Assembly: GCF_006345805.1 (NCBI RefSeq)
Contig: NC_042998.1
Location: 20,460,001-20,524,000, forward strand
Source of the DNA: Octopus sinensis
Lineage: Eukaryota
Reading direction: 5' to 3'
DNA: 64,000 nucleotides
The notes below the pieces were generated by a model, which saw only the letters and a program-made list of their open reading frames with translations, was not told the origin of the DNA and did not search any database. Shown piece by piece: positions 36,331-50,329 of this stretch; within the stretch, counting starts at the first letter, position 1; each line of letters begins with the position of its first letter. Both the position numbers and the translations under genes were made by a program.

Positions 36331-37650
36331 GCATAAGTCCTTTATAATCGCGTATTTATGAGCAGTGCTTCCACAAAGGGTTGACATGGTTACCTAGTCG
36401 TCATGACAATCACAACAGTAAAGTGAAAATGATCCCTCTTCTCTGTCCAGGAAGATATTGTATATAAAGAAAGTGTGCTCAGAGACAAAGTTACCCAGGA
36501 CACATCTTGAGTCAGGTTCTGTTAGCTTCACACAAAATTTAAAAAATGCTAAAACAGGTCAGTTCATCTCAAATTCTTTGTAAACTCCTAAATATATCTC
36601 CTTCTCTCTATATATATAGTTACAAACATGATTTTTATTAAACTCCTAATACTTTTTCTGTGTATGTATATAGAGACTTCCAAACAGACATGGTTTTTAT
36701 TGAACTCCTAATACTTTTTGTAAACAGTTTTTAATATTTTCTTATTATTATCAAATAATGTATATATGTATTTTAATATTTTGTGACAACCAGTACTTAG
36801 CATAACAAAGCTTTTACAAAGCTTTACTTTTTACTTTTGACAATCTTTTTTCTAAAAAAGTGAAACCGGTCAAGTGGATAAACATCTTTAAAATTGTATT
36901 TTCAAACCTTTCATATATGTGCGTGTGTGTGTGTGTGTGTTGTGTGTGTGTGTGTGTGTGTGTAACGTGGCCCTCAACTCCCAGCATGGTCTTAAGGATG
37001 CTGTTGGGACATACACTGGGTCTTAGCCATTTTCAAACCTGGCGGAGTCTCTCTCTCTCACAATCTGGCCAGAGCTGATTGCATCCAGAAAGTGGGACAG
37101 ACAGACGGAAAGAAAAAAAAGGGAAAATTTTCATTATAATGGCTATCAGAAGACTTCCCTAAGGGCAGTGTTTCTGCAAAATTATATAATTATATTAACT
37201 GCGTGACTCAAGATTGCAGATCTTGGAATTTCACATATGTGTTTATCCATTTTCTTCGTTTTCTGTTTGTAACTTTGAAACTTCCAGTAATTCGATTCTG
37301 AATCAATCTGCTAATACAAACACTAAAACTACACGTGCAGAATATTGTTTTCTTTCATCGATAAATTTGTGATTGTGTACAGATATATCGATAATACACA
37401 CGCGCGCATGCACACATAAGACATACACTCATGCACACGCCCATGAACACACAAACACATACACACATATACACATATATAGACAGACAAATAGATAGAT
37501 AGAGAGAGCGACAGACAGACAGACAGACAGAAAGAGAGACAAACAGACAGACAAATTGATATAATTGCATGCATGTATATGTATATATGCGTGTGAGATT
37601 GTAAAGATACATATGTATATATATATACATACATATATATACACACACAC

Positions 37651-37689
<39 letters not shown>

Positions 37690-37739
37690 AGTGTATGTAT
37701 ATATATATATATATGTATGTATGCATATATGTATGTATG

Positions 37740-37772
<33 letters not shown>

Positions 37773-37899
37773 GTATATATATGTATATACGTATGTATAT
37801 ATATATATATGTATATATATGTATATATATGTATGTATGTATGTATATGTATGTATATATATATGTATGTATGTATATATGTATATACGTATGTATATA

Positions 37900-37935
<36 letters not shown>

Positions 37936-38189
37936 TGTATGTATGTATGTATGTATGTATGTATGTATATGAATTTCTAAAACAATTACAGCGTGGAAGA
38001 CACGTATTAGCCATTCGAAAGCACCCAAAAATCGTTAATATCGCTTGACCATTTATTATTTGGCGAAGTTAACAAGTTTTGTGTAATTTGTGTGGTTAAA
38101 ATCCGTCTTCTACTCAATAATTGTCTCAATTTCAACAGACAACCTCAGATCACATCACTCGCCTGGAAATTACACTTCCTAAATTCATC

Positions 38190-38465
38190 CAGGATTCGTG
38201 TCTCTGAGTTGTTTGATGTATTGCACTTCGACACCTTCCATTCCAAAGGTCATTGTCACCAGACTATCAAAACGTCTCGACGACCAGCATCCGAGAGAGC
38301 AAGCAGGTTTCCCGTAAGAATAAAATAGTACGACAGATCCCGTGTTCTCTCTAACATAGCTCAAAGAACAAGCGAACGAATACAAGCTTCCCCTGTGTAT
38401 TGCTTTGGTTGATTAGGAAAAGGCCTTCGAGAGCGTCGAGATGAACGTAGTGCTGAAATCATTGA
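38190..38465 (+). pseudogene. RTE-clade LINE reverse transcriptase fragment
   Basis: KVIVTRLSKRLDDQHPREQAGF...STTDPVFSL..LKEQANEYKLPLCIALVD*EKAFESVE. Confidence 0.8.
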
Positions 38466-38485
38466 TATATATATATATATATATA

Positions 38486-39036
38486 CGAGCAAAACGCCCC
38501 CCGTCCAATGGACGGTGCTGAGTTGTCAAACTTTAAACCAAATTTTCTCAATACAACTTCTCTGACCGTCCCTTAAGCCTCCCCTTGGAGAAACACTGAT
38601 TTAACCTAAATTTGAGACACCAGTAAAAGAAGAAATAAAGATAGACTTTTTTCTATTCCAAAGAAAAACGATTTTATTCACATAAATATGCAACCGAAGA
38701 GTTTAAAGTACCAGTAATGATAAGGCTGTTGACTGGGAGAACACAAACATGGTTTAAACAGTAGGCTTGGTAGGAAAGAAACGTGCCTTTAAGCAGTACA
38801 AATACAACAAAATATGGAAGGTGCAGTTATGTACAGGTTGACGGAAGAAAAGCAGGACAAAAACGGCTTTATCGATCGCATTCTCACCTGGAATCGATTT
38901 TTGTAATTTTTTCAAGACTTATACACGCCCTGAAACCGTCGGTATCTACATATCAAATTTGAGCGCAATCGGATGGAGGATGCGCGAGATCCCAGAAGAC
39001 ATAGACAGACAGACAGAACGGATTTTATATAATAGA
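38486..39036 (-). mobile_element. Non-autonomous Helitron-like element, apparently complete
   Basis: A|TCTATTATATAAAA 5' end with (GTCT)n, a 3' hairpin CCGTCCATTGGACGG (38501-38515), and a CTCG|T end. Confidence 0.7.
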
Positions 39037-39239
39037 TATGTGTGTGTGTGGAGAAAATAAGTGTATTCACACGCAGGAAAGAATATAATAGAATTTGTTT
39101 TGGAGTTTGAAAATGCACTTGGAGTCTTAAAATGTGTAGACATTTTAAATTTTTGTAATAGATTTATTAATATACCAAACCGGTTTCGGCAATTATTATT
39201 TTTTCTTTTGTTTATCGATAGTAAATAAAAAATAAATAT

Positions 39240-39652
39240 ACGCAGGAGTGGCTGTGTGGTAAGTAGCTTGCTTACCAACCACATGGTTCCGGGTTCAGTC
39301 CCACTGCGTGGCATCTTGGGCAAGTGTCTTCTGCTATAGCCCCGGGCCGACCAATGCCTTGTGAGTGGATTTGGTAGACGGAAACTGAAAGAAGCCTGTC
39401 GTATATATGTATATATATATGTGTGTGTGTGTGTTTGTGTGTCTGTGTTTGTCCTCCTAGCATTGATTGACAACCGATGCTGGTGTGTTTACGTCCCCGT
39501 CACTTAGCGGTTCGGCAAAAGAGACCGATAGAATAAGTACTGGGCTTACAGAGAATAAGTCCCGGGGTCGATTTGCTCGACTAAAGGTGGTGCTCCAGCA
39601 TGGCCGCAGTCAAATGACTGAAACGAGTAAAAGAGAGTAAAAGAGTAAAGAG
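39240..39652 (+). mobile_element. SINE family C, full length
   Basis: Near-identical to 62141-62543 (minus). Confidence 0.9.
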
Positions 39653-40044
39653 TATACGGTTTGGGGGGAAGTGAAGTTACCAGGGAAAATTCGGAAAAAC
39701 AAGCTTAAAAAATCAAATCTTCATACAAATTTCAATGAGTTTCACAAAGATAGACAGTAATACAGGTGCAAATGTTTGATGAATTTCATAACAGTCATAC
39801 ATGATTGAAAACTTAGTAATATTGAGTTGTATTAGCAATTAGATACGATGCAGTTTTTAAAAAGTGTAAGACAAAAAAGGAGAGAAAGAAAAAAGGCGAC
39901 GAAGAATCCCCTTTCGAGCATTACGACAGAGACTTTTTTATAAAAGAAACTGTCTTTTTTTTCTCTCTTCCATCAATCAGAATTCTCTAGGTAAGTATGC
40001 TAAGCATTGAAAATATTTTTTACAATGTGTATATACAATACTGT

Positions 40045-40347
40045 GGAGGCGCAATGGCCCAGTGGTTACGGCAGCGGACTCACGGTCGGAAGATCGCGGT
40101 TTCGATTCCCTAGACCGGGCGTTGTGTGTGTTTATTGAGCGAAAACACCTAAAGCTCCACGATGCTCCGGCAGGGGGGTCGACCCCTGTTGTACTCTTTC
40201 ACCCCAACTTTCTTTCACTCGTTCGTCATGTTTCTTGAGTAAGGCTGCGATGGACTGGCGTCCCGTCCAGCTGGGAGGAACACAGAAACCGGGAAACCGG
40301 GCCCATGATCCTGGCTAGGCTTGAAAAGGGCGCATAAATAAAAAATA
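40045..40347 (+). mobile_element. SINE family B head with tail type 2
   Basis: 10-bp TSD acaatactgt. After tgtttct it continues tgagtaaggctgcgatggactggcgtcccgtccag. Confidence 0.85.
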
Positions 40348-40561
40348 AACAATACTGTTGGCGACAATATTCCTTTTCCCATTTTACCGAATATTTTGAA
40401 AATGTCATTCAAAAATTGTTTATTATTTTGATACGCAGGAACCTAGCCGGTACCGATCCCGGTTCTATGATGTAAGCTTCCTTTTTAATGAGACTTCCAT
40501 CAAAATTACATGTTAATTTATGTTCCAAACACCAGTTCAATAATAACAATTATTCTAATTA

Positions 40562-40832
40562 TCTATTATATAAAATCCAGTCCGTCTGTGTGTGTGTGTG
40601 TCTTCTGGAATCTCGGGCATCCTCCATCCGATTGCGCTCAAATTTGATATGTAGATACCGACGAAATCAGGTCGTGTATGAGTCTTGAAAAAATTATTAA
40701 AATCGAATTCCTGATGAGAATTCGATCGATAAAGTGAATAAAATCGTTTTTCTTTGGAATAGAAAAAAAGTCTATCTTTATTTCTTCTTTTGCTGGTATC
40801 TCAAATTTAGGTTAAATCAGTGTTTCTCAAAG
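40562..40832 (+). mobile_element. 5' part of the same Helitron-like family
   Basis: A|TCTATTATATAAAATCC start. Inverted match to ~38595-39036 with internal deletions. Confidence 0.7.
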
Positions 40833-40980
40833 TTACGTCCCCGTAACTTAGCAGTTCGGCAAAAGTGACGGTTTAGAATAATTACTAGGCTTACAAAGAA
40901 TAAGTCCTGGGGTCGATTTGCTCGACTAAAGGCGGTGCTCCAGCACGGCCACAGTCAAATGACTGAAACAAGTAAAAGAG
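40833..40980 (+). mobile_element. SINE family C 3' half
   Basis: acgtccccgtaacttagc...gactgaaacaagtaaaagag. Confidence 0.8.
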
Positions 40981-41790
40981 TGTAGCAGTATGTTAATGTC
41001 AATTTGTAAACACAGATTGAGCCTAGCTCAATGCTTGGTTACTCTTTACTTTTAATAAATCTGGAAAGATGAAAGGACAAGTTGGCTCTAGTGAGACTTG
41101 AACACAGAAGGTAATGAAACGTAACTAAAAACCATCAAGCAACTTTGTTTAGTGGTGCTCAATTGATTCTATCATCGACTACCCTTAATATAGTAATTAA
41201 TGTTCAGGCTGAAAGATCAAAGGAAAGTATTTTATGGACATTAGAACAGAGTCACACTGTTGGAAGTTGAACAAAAGTGGGTTTATGGGTTTCCTTACAT
41301 CCCCGAATTTTGCTTTGGTAATTAGAAACATCTATATCAGTTAATTAAAAAAATTGTATAGAATACAATCGCTTTGATTTCGTGTATACTTTGAAAGTCA
41401 GAACTAATACATTAATGTTACTTATACATTTTTATTCTATTTCTATATATTTCACATTTTCTGCGCTGATTCTTGCACATTTTCTAAATTAAGTACATAT
41501 TTACTTCATTAAAAAGCGTTTAGGTCGGCATCATTAAAAAATACTCAGAATTTCGCCCGTCTCCCTGTCCAATTCCACAGGTTAAGCAGCGTGAGGAGAT
41601 TTACATCTGTGAAAGGATCAGAGGCGTGATAGAATTAATAATATGTCTTACGCTATTCACGAATTCCCTTACGATATTTACTCAGTACCTCACTAAAGAT
41701 ACACCCCGCTCACTGACCATTGGAAATGAAGTAACTCAAAGGCTGGCGAGTTGGGAGTGTGTAACCAGCGAAGTTTTTTTTATATTTATA

Positions 41791-42090
41791 CTAGCAGTAT
41801 CGCCCGGCGTTGCTCGGGTTTGTAAGGGAAATAACTATATAAGCATTTTTGGAGAGTTACTTCCCTTATATAATAGCAAAAAGAATGCATTAAAAATAGG
41901 AGAAAATGATGGTAAATTTTTTTTTAAATCGTAGACTCATCGTAGACGCGTGCTAATACCCAGAAGGGGTCGATATGAATCACGACTATAAGATACCCGC
42001 TTTTGGTTAAACTGCACCGCAAAATGTGGGAGTAGTTAGGAATCTAAATCGTAGGAGACAGACACATAACTTCACTTTTATATATAAAGA
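41791..42090 (-). mobile_element. Complete 300-bp non-autonomous Helitron
   Basis: A|TCTTTATATATAAAAG ... CCCGAGCAACGCCGGG ... CTAG|T, inserted at an AT dinucleotide. Confidence 0.85.
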
Positions 42091-42332
42091 TTTGAGGGAA
42101 GGCGGCAAGATGGCAGAATCGTTAGCACGTTGGGAAAAATGCTTAACAGCGTTTCGTCCATCTTTATGTTCTGAGTTCAAATGCCGCTGAAGTCGACTTT
42201 ACTTTTCGTCCTTTCTGTGAAAATAAAATAAATTGAGTGGCGGAGTCAATGTAATGATTAGGCCGTCGAATTTGCTGGCTTTGTGCCAAAATTTGAAATC
42301 AATATTTATATATGAAGTGGCTTGATTATGTA

Positions 42333-42386
<54 letters not shown>

Positions 42387-42649
42387 AAAAGACAGTGGAA
42401 TGAAAAGTAAAAACAACCAGTTGATAGAGACCTTAACGAAACAATCGTACCTTCAGTCATACATGACATACGACCACTTTGCGATAATATTGTGTTTACG
42501 ATAGGAAAAAATGAAATTATATGAAACAATATGTGTCTGCATGATGTATGCCTGTACTATGTAATATATGTGTGAATGTATGTATGTATTTCTGTGAATT
42601 CTTTAATTTTTTTTATGCGTTTCATCTCAAATTCTGTGCCATTCTATGG

Positions 42650-43330
42650 CACCGCCCGTATCATCATCTTTACAAAGGCCATTCTCACACGATTGACTTT
42701 TGATGAAGGAGTGACTTGGTATTGCTGCCTGCTCTTGAGTTTCTTGTCATGATGCAGGTTTATCTGGGATCTCGGTCAGCAGAAGGTCAAGGTTCTTCTT
42801 GTAAACATTTAGCCCACTTCGTGTAGATTTCTCGGGTTTTTTTCTGACAAGATATTAAATAGTTGTGGGCCTTTGAATTTCAACTATTGCAGTTCTTGGT
42901 CCTTACTATAGTCGGAATGATTGGGACCTCTGAAACAGAACAGTGACATTTTGTTCGAGGTCTGGCATAACTCTCCCGGCCAAAGTTTGGTGCCAACCCT
43001 TGTAGGAGCCTTCATATGTATATCACCACATATCTCTCCCGTCTTCGCTCCCGAAGGTAGAGTCGGAATTCTTTCAGTGTTTCCTAGGCGCTCAAGTATT
43101 TCATGGATGCAATCTTCTTGATGTAGTACAGCTTAACTGCCTCCTGTTCCGCCAATAATCTGATACTGTTGGGAGTACAGAGTTCAAAGCCGTAGCCCAT
43201 ACAGCTATAAACAAATGCCTTCCACGGAACCAACATAGTTTCCTAGTCTCCTGTTCTGCAATTTCTCACAATCCATCCGGCCATTCGCCTGCGCATTGCA
43301 ACCGTCTTGGTGATATGTACATGAAACAAA
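42650..43330 (-). pseudogene. CR1/L2-like LINE ORF2 C-terminus, degraded
   Basis: ERL..LKEFRLYLRERRRERYVVIY....GLAPNFG...KGPQLFNILS...NVYKKNLDLLLTEIPDKP. Confidence 0.65.
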
Positions 43331-43508
43331 GCATCGTTGTTCATAACAATCCCCAGTTTACTCACTGTACTTGACTCTGTTTAACTCTATGCATATGATG
43401 ATGATGATGATGCGTGTGTGTGTGCTTATAATGTGGGTGTGAGCCTATGTGTATTTCTAAGTATATTTATGTCTAAACGTAAGTTGATAAATGTGTACAT
43501 ATAAGTAC

Positions 43509-43894
43509 GGAGGCGCAATGGCCCAGTGGTTAGGGCAGCGGACTCGCGGTCATAGGATCGCAGTTTCGATTCCCAGACCAGGCGCTGTGAGTGTTTATTG
43601 AACGAAAACACCTAAAAGCTCCACGAGGCTCCGGCAGGGGATGGTGGTGATCCCTGCTGTACTCTTTCACCACAACTTTCCCTCACTCTTACTTCCTGTT
43701 TCTGTTGTACCTGTATTTCAAGGGGCCGGCCTTGTCACTCTCTGTGTCACGCTGAATACCCCCCGAGAACTTACGTTAAGGGTGCACGTGTCTGTGGAGT
43801 GCTCAGCCACTTACACGTTAATTTCACGAGCAGGCTGTTCCGTTGATTCGGATCAACCGGAACCCGCATCGTCGTAACCGACGGAGTGCTTCCA
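43509..43894 (+). mobile_element. SINE family B (tail type 1)
   Basis: 12-bp TSD acatataagtac. Confidence 0.9.
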
Positions 43895-44714
43895 ACATAT
43901 AAGTACATAATTGTGGTGATATGTTTTTTACAAACGTCTATGACTGTACCGGTCCCATTCAATATTTCTGTTAAATCGCGTGTGCATAACATAGTTCTCG
44001 GGTTTCAGTATCCTGTATCCTATCTGCTGGTTTACTTAAGCTAAATGCTTCAGAATCCAGGGTTTTCTCTTTTTACCAGCAAGCATAGCTTTGCTCTGAT
44101 ATATGAGAGTAAACAAGAAATGATTTATAACGGTCAATTTTTCACATAGACAACTTGCAAAGGGATATGTTCTCTTTTACGAGGAATATAACAATCAAGA
44201 TAAGCAAGGATGATTGATTAAGCAGTAGAAATGGATTTTTGAAATATAAATGACACTGCTTCCCGTCGTTCACTCATTTACGTGTGTGTGTGTGTATATG
44301 TGTATGTGTGTATACATATATGTATGTATGTATGAATGTATGTATGTATATGTATCTATGTATGCATACACATATATATATAAACACGTATATGCATATA
44401 TATGTATATGTATGCATTCACATATTTTTGTGTTTGTGTTGTGTATGTGTGTGTATGTGTGTATTCATCTAAGTATCCATATCTCGGGAAAAAATATGCA
44501 CTCATTTCTCAAGGCAGTGGTTATATCAATCAAAGTATACAGTACTATAGAACAATTGCAGCCGATCTTCTCAGTCGGTTTTGCACTGGAGCTACGCAGT
44601 GGGACTGAACCCGGAACCATGTGGCTGGTAAGCAAGCTACTTACCACACAGCCACTCCTGCGCCTACATATACATAGGTTATTTTTTCTAACATGCTTTA
44701 TTTACGTTTCTTAG

Positions 44715-44895
44715 CCATGATAGATCGCTAGCCACTACACATTTTTCATTTTCTCTCCTTGTTTCTTTCTGTGTTCCTTTCTGTAGAAGAGCGTAGGCTC
44801 GAAACGTTAAAGACGTTTTCACTTCCCGAGCGTTATACTAATACATCTGTTTGCTGTCTACACCACCTGTCTTCGTCTTTTTTTGTGAATTCTCC
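44715..44895 (+). mobile_element. Short repeat family F with a hammerhead-like motif (44777-44812)
   Basis: CTTT CTGTAGA A GAGC-GTAG-GCTC GAA ACGT T AAAG, ending at (TA)n. Other copies lie at ~45250-45340 (partial) and 59628-60150. Confidence 0.6.
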
Positions 44896-44916
44896 CTATA
44901 TATATATATATACATG

Positions 44917-44953
<37 letters not shown>

Positions 44954-45331
44954 GCATATATATATATATTTATATTTATATAAATATATAGGTGCAGGAG
45001 GTGCAGATGAGGGCAGCTGCATCGAACTCTCTCATGCACCAAATGGCAGTTGCTAAAAAGCTTTCGTGAAGTAAAACCATGTAGCAACACCAAATGGCGG
45101 TGCCCCAGCATAGCCACAGCTCATGAGCTGAAACTAGAATCAACCAATCAATCATATATATATATATATATTATATGCCTATACATCTCTCTCTATATAT
45201 ATATATTAATGAACATATACATATATTTATACATACATGAATATATATATACGAGCGTTATACTAATACATCTTTTCGTTTGTTGTCTACACCACCTGTC
45301 TTCGTCTTTTGTTTTGTTTTTTGTGAATTCT

Positions 45332-45378
<47 letters not shown>

Positions 45379-46199
45379 TATACATCTATATATACATTAA
45401 TGAACATATACATATATTTATACATACATACATACATACATACATGCATACATATACGACCGACCAGCATATAGAGTTGTTGTATTGTTATGTTATTATC
45501 TACTGAAAACGAGAAGATTGTGAAAATATTTCCATCGTTAGTGTTGCAAACGTCTTAGTGGACTTTCTACAGTACAAAAATAATGAAATATACTCGCGTA
45601 ATATTTTTCATTATTTCTCATTAACTGATAATGTATTTTGTCTTCTAGATTTATTTGTTGACGGTTTTGCTCGTCTTCTCTTCCTTTAGATACTTTGTTA
45701 GTTTGGTTTGGTTTGGTTTGGTTTGGTTTGGTTGTGGAAATTCGATTTTCTTAGCTTTAGAATTTTTTTTTGTTTTTTGTTTGTTTTGGGGTTTTTTTGT
45801 CGATATATGTTATTCTTATTCGTTTTCTTTTACCCAAACGAAGCATTTTGATAGAAATAAGAAACGTAAATAAAGCATGTTAGAAAAAAAAACTAAAATA
45901 AACAATCAGGATATTAAATTTCGGTTGAGAATATAAGCATTTATGTGTTCAAATACACACAAACGCACATACATCCACAACAAACTATAGCTAAGTTCTT
46001 TTTGCTTCTTTTTCTTTTTTTTTTTTTTGGCTTTTTCATTCATTCTATACTTTGTAAACCGAAACGTACATAATTACATAAAAATATATTTTCTAACACG
46101 CACGAGCACACACACACACAACACACACACACACACACACAAACACATATGTACACATATCTATCAGTCTATCTATCTATATCTACATATATATGTATG

Positions 46200-46248
46200 C
46201 GCACATGTGTGTATGTATATATATATGTATAGGTATATATATTATATA

Positions 46249-46304
<56 letters not shown>

Positions 46305-46597
46305 CATATATATGCAATATATATGCATATATATATATGCTTATGCATTATATATATATGATTATATATATATATATATGCATATATATATATGCATATA
46401 TATATGCATATATATATATATACATATATATATGCATATATATATATATATATATATATGCATATATATATATATATATATATATACATGCATATATATA
46501 TGTGAGTATGCATATATTTATGTATATATATAATACTGTTTATAGATCATATTTCACATCGATAGACTCTTTATTTACAATATATATTTATTTTTTC

Positions 46598-46620
<23 letters not shown>
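46200..46620. repeat. TA/TATGCA microsatellite
   Basis: Direct inspection. Confidence 0.95.
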
Positions 46621-46630
<10 letters not shown>

Positions 46631-46882
46631 ATATATATATCAGACTTTACGTTTGTCATACAATATTTCAGAGAGAGTACAATTTTCTCTGAGTTTTTTC
46701 TGTTTTTTTTTGTTTTTTTTTCATTTCTTCGTAAATTCCATTTAGCCAATTTTTTCCTTATTTGAGTTAATGTTTACTTGTTTCTGTAAACGCGTGAAAA
46801 AAAAATGGAAGAAAATGTCAAGAAAAAACCCAAAACAAACGAAAATAAGATTATTCACATACACACGTAAACATACGAGTGT

Positions 46883-46926
<44 letters not shown>

Positions 46927-47185
46927 TTCCATGTGTGTGTACGTGTGTGTGTGTGTGTGTGTGTGTTTCTGTAAGAGTCTGCAGGAATGTGTTTGGCGTT
47001 GGAACACTTCAAAACTACGCACCACCCGCTTTTACTAAATATCTGTTTTCTATTTACCGCGGTGAGAATAGAAGATACACAAAACAAATTGTCTCGATGC
47101 ATATTTGCGTAACTATATTGAATTACTATTAACCACCAGAAAAAAGAAGAAAATAGAAACATTAATATGCGTGTATGCATAACGT

Positions 47186-47187
<2 letters not shown>

Positions 47188-47228
<41 letters not shown>

Positions 47229-47468
47229 TATTATATTATATTATATATACACATTATATATATACATATACATTATATATTGTATATATGTATATTATAT
47301 ATATATAAATGTATATTATATATATATATATATTATATATATATGCATGTTATGTATTATGTATATTATATATATATGTATACTATATATATATGTATAT
47401 ATATATAGGTATATATATGTATATATATATTGGTATATATACATGTATATATATACAGGTATATATAC

Positions 47469-47502
<34 letters not shown>

Positions 47503-47557
47503 GTGTATATATATATGTATATATATATGTATGTATATATATGTATATATATATATG

Positions 47558-47606
<49 letters not shown>

Positions 47607-47647
47607 ATAGGTATATTATATATATATATATATAATATATATATATA

Positions 47648-47685
<38 letters not shown>

Positions 47686-47730
47686 TATATATATATGTAT
47701 ATATATACATTATATATATATATATGTAAA
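47188..47730. repeat. Long degenerate (TA)n microsatellite
   Basis: Direct inspection. Confidence 0.95.
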
Positions 47731-48395
47731 TATATATTTCTATGTATGTATGAATGAGCGGAAAATGAGATAATCTCTGAAGTGACGAGTATGAAACAAG
47801 ATCTCTGTAACTTTGTTTTGTTGATGCTCTTGCTGTTGTTGTTATCATTATTGTTGTTGCTGTTGCTGTTGTTGGTACTGCTGCTGTTTCTTTTATATTT
47901 TTTCTTCTCCCATAACAATCACTCGGCCAATCTGATTCCCAAACAATAGCAATAACGAAGAAACAAACAACAGCAGTAATAAAGTCTCCTTCATTGATTT
48001 CAGAATATTTTCCTGATGGTTTCTCTGAATGAATTTAGTACTCGAAAAACATACCGTCGTCATCGTCGTCGTCATCACCATCGTGGTTCTTGTCATCATC
48101 GTTCCTGTTTATGTTAAGCCTCACGACAGTCGTAATCGTTCAGGCCTATGAACAAAGTATTCCAAGCGTGACCATTCACAAATATTGTAGAATGTAAATT
48201 TCTTTATTTGAGATGGTACGACCCTTTTTCGGGGATATTTAACAACCATTTCAACCCTGGTCGAGTGCTGTACGGTAGAGGTCTCCGCCTCATAAGTTCG
48301 TTAAGTTATAGTGTTTTCATTGTTGTTTTTGATGTCAAAGCATCTATTGTGTCGCTAGATGTCAGCTACGATTGAACAGAACTATGGTGAAAAGT

Positions 48396-48717
48396 TTTAT
48401 TTTTTTATGATCCCTTTTCAAGCCTAGCCAGGCTCATGGGCCCGGTTTCCCGGTTTTTATGGCGTATATGTCCCCCCCCCCAGCTGGCCGAGACGCCAGT
48501 CCATCGCAGCGTTACTCAAGAAACAGGAAGAAAGAGTGAGAGAAAGTTGGAGCGAAAAAGTACAACAGGGGTCGCCACCATCCCCTGCGGGAACCTCGTA
48601 AAGCTATTAGGTGTTTTCCGTCAATGAACACACACAACGCCCGGTCTGGGAATCGAAACCGCGATCGCTCTGACTGCGAGTCCGCTGCCCTAACCACTGG
48701 GCCATTGCGCCCGAAAG
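48396..48717 (-). mobile_element. SINE family B head with tail type 2
   Basis: 11-bp TSD tggtgaaaagt. Same tail as 40045-40347. Confidence 0.85.
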
Positions 48718-48931
48718 TGGTGAAAAGTATTACAGTATTGTTCCGTGTGTTTAAGATGCGGGATTTCTGGATACGATGCACTCACAAGGTAATATGTCCT
48801 ACCAATTTTCAAGATGATGAGGTGTGATCTGAAGGAGATTCGGCTGCCATTTTTAACATGTTGACCAAACACCTATAAGTTTCATCGTTAACTTATTGAT
48901 AAATTGGTGTTGTTGCTTCTTCTTCTTCTTC

Positions 48932-48975
<44 letters not shown>

Positions 48976-49066
48976 CTCGACTTACGGTCGAAGACATTTG
49001 AGCGTTAATTATCTCATCATCTGGGGTAACATTTTTTTTTCCTTTTCAAAGTTGGCAGCTTGTAAT

Positions 49067-49322
49067 ACTCTTTTACCCTTTTACTTGTTTCAGTCATTTG
49101 ACTGTGGCCATGCTGGAGCACCGTCTTTAGTCGAGCAAATCGACCCCAGGACTTATTCTTTGTAAGCCTAGCACTTATTCTATCGGGCTGTTTTGCCGAA
49201 CCTCTAAGTTACGGGGACGTAAACACGTCAGCATCGGTTGTCAAGCGATGTTGGGGGGAACAAACAAAGCCACACAAACACATACACACACACATACACA
49301 CACACACACACATATTATATCT

Positions 49323-49356
<34 letters not shown>

Positions 49357-49520
49357 TATAATACACATATATCCGACGGGTTTCTTTCAGTTTCCGTCTA
49401 CCAAATCCACTCACAAGGCTATATTAGAAGACACTTGTCCAAGGTGCCACGCAGTGGGACTGTACCCGGAACCATGTGGTTCGTAAGCAAGCTACTTACC
49501 ACACAGCCACTCCTACGCCT
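49067..49520 (-). mobile_element. SINE family C, full length
   Basis: Matches other copies and has an internal CA/TA microsatellite. Confidence 0.85.
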
Positions 49521-50256
49521 AATAGAGGAAGATTTAACTGCTATTTCTTGCACGTTGAGTGACCGGTTGAGAGTCCAATGGGAGTATTAATGGTAGCTGT
49601 AAGGTGTTAATTTGGTGGCAACGTCTTTGCTATTTGCGCTAGCGATGTTTGCATAGCTTATGAAGATAAAGTGAGACGCTGTGAATATTGCCGATTTGTG
49701 AATAATGCTTATGGCCGTTTGATAGTACCCGTGTTATTGCTGATGATGATAATCGCACTGATTGCGGTATGTTATTAGTGATTGCTGCACCATCCCAGAA
49801 GAGAGAGTATTCATTTAGAGCTAGAAAAGTTTAATCAAAGTTACTGAGTAAACAGCGAACAAATGCAATCACTATCTTATTAAATGTCAGATATGAATAA
49901 CAACTTCATAAGATATTTGTTTCCTGAGAGATAACCGGTGAGTTATTTTATGGTTCGGATTTTTAATATGCATTCAAGACGAGAAAGAACTTTTATATAG
50001 TTTGGAAAAAAACCTGGTGCTACGTATGACATAAAATGACAGACGGAGAATTGGGCATAATAAGCCATGTTTACAGAAGAACATCATTGATAATATCTTA
50101 TGCTCTCAGAAGCTCGCTTTTGTCAATGTTGTGACTGGCTGTCAACTTATTCATTAAGATGTTGAATTTCAGCTTATTGATTCTTCAGTTCAACGAGACA
50201 TAGGAATCGCAGCATAAATTTACACTAAAGCTACAGAAAATTAGATTAAAAGCTTT

Positions 50257-50257
<1 letters not shown>

Positions 50258-50329
<72 letters not shown>

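Noticed and set aside
39165-39230. GAAACCGGTT on the minus strand with a possible TCGATAA core upstream
   Set aside because: Helix II is largely unpaired and the core has several changes. It may be a decayed PLE hammerhead but is too degenerate to call.
40711-40735. CTGATGA inside the Helitron-like copy
   Set aside because: There is no downstream GAAA or helices, and the sister copy reads caggtga at this position.
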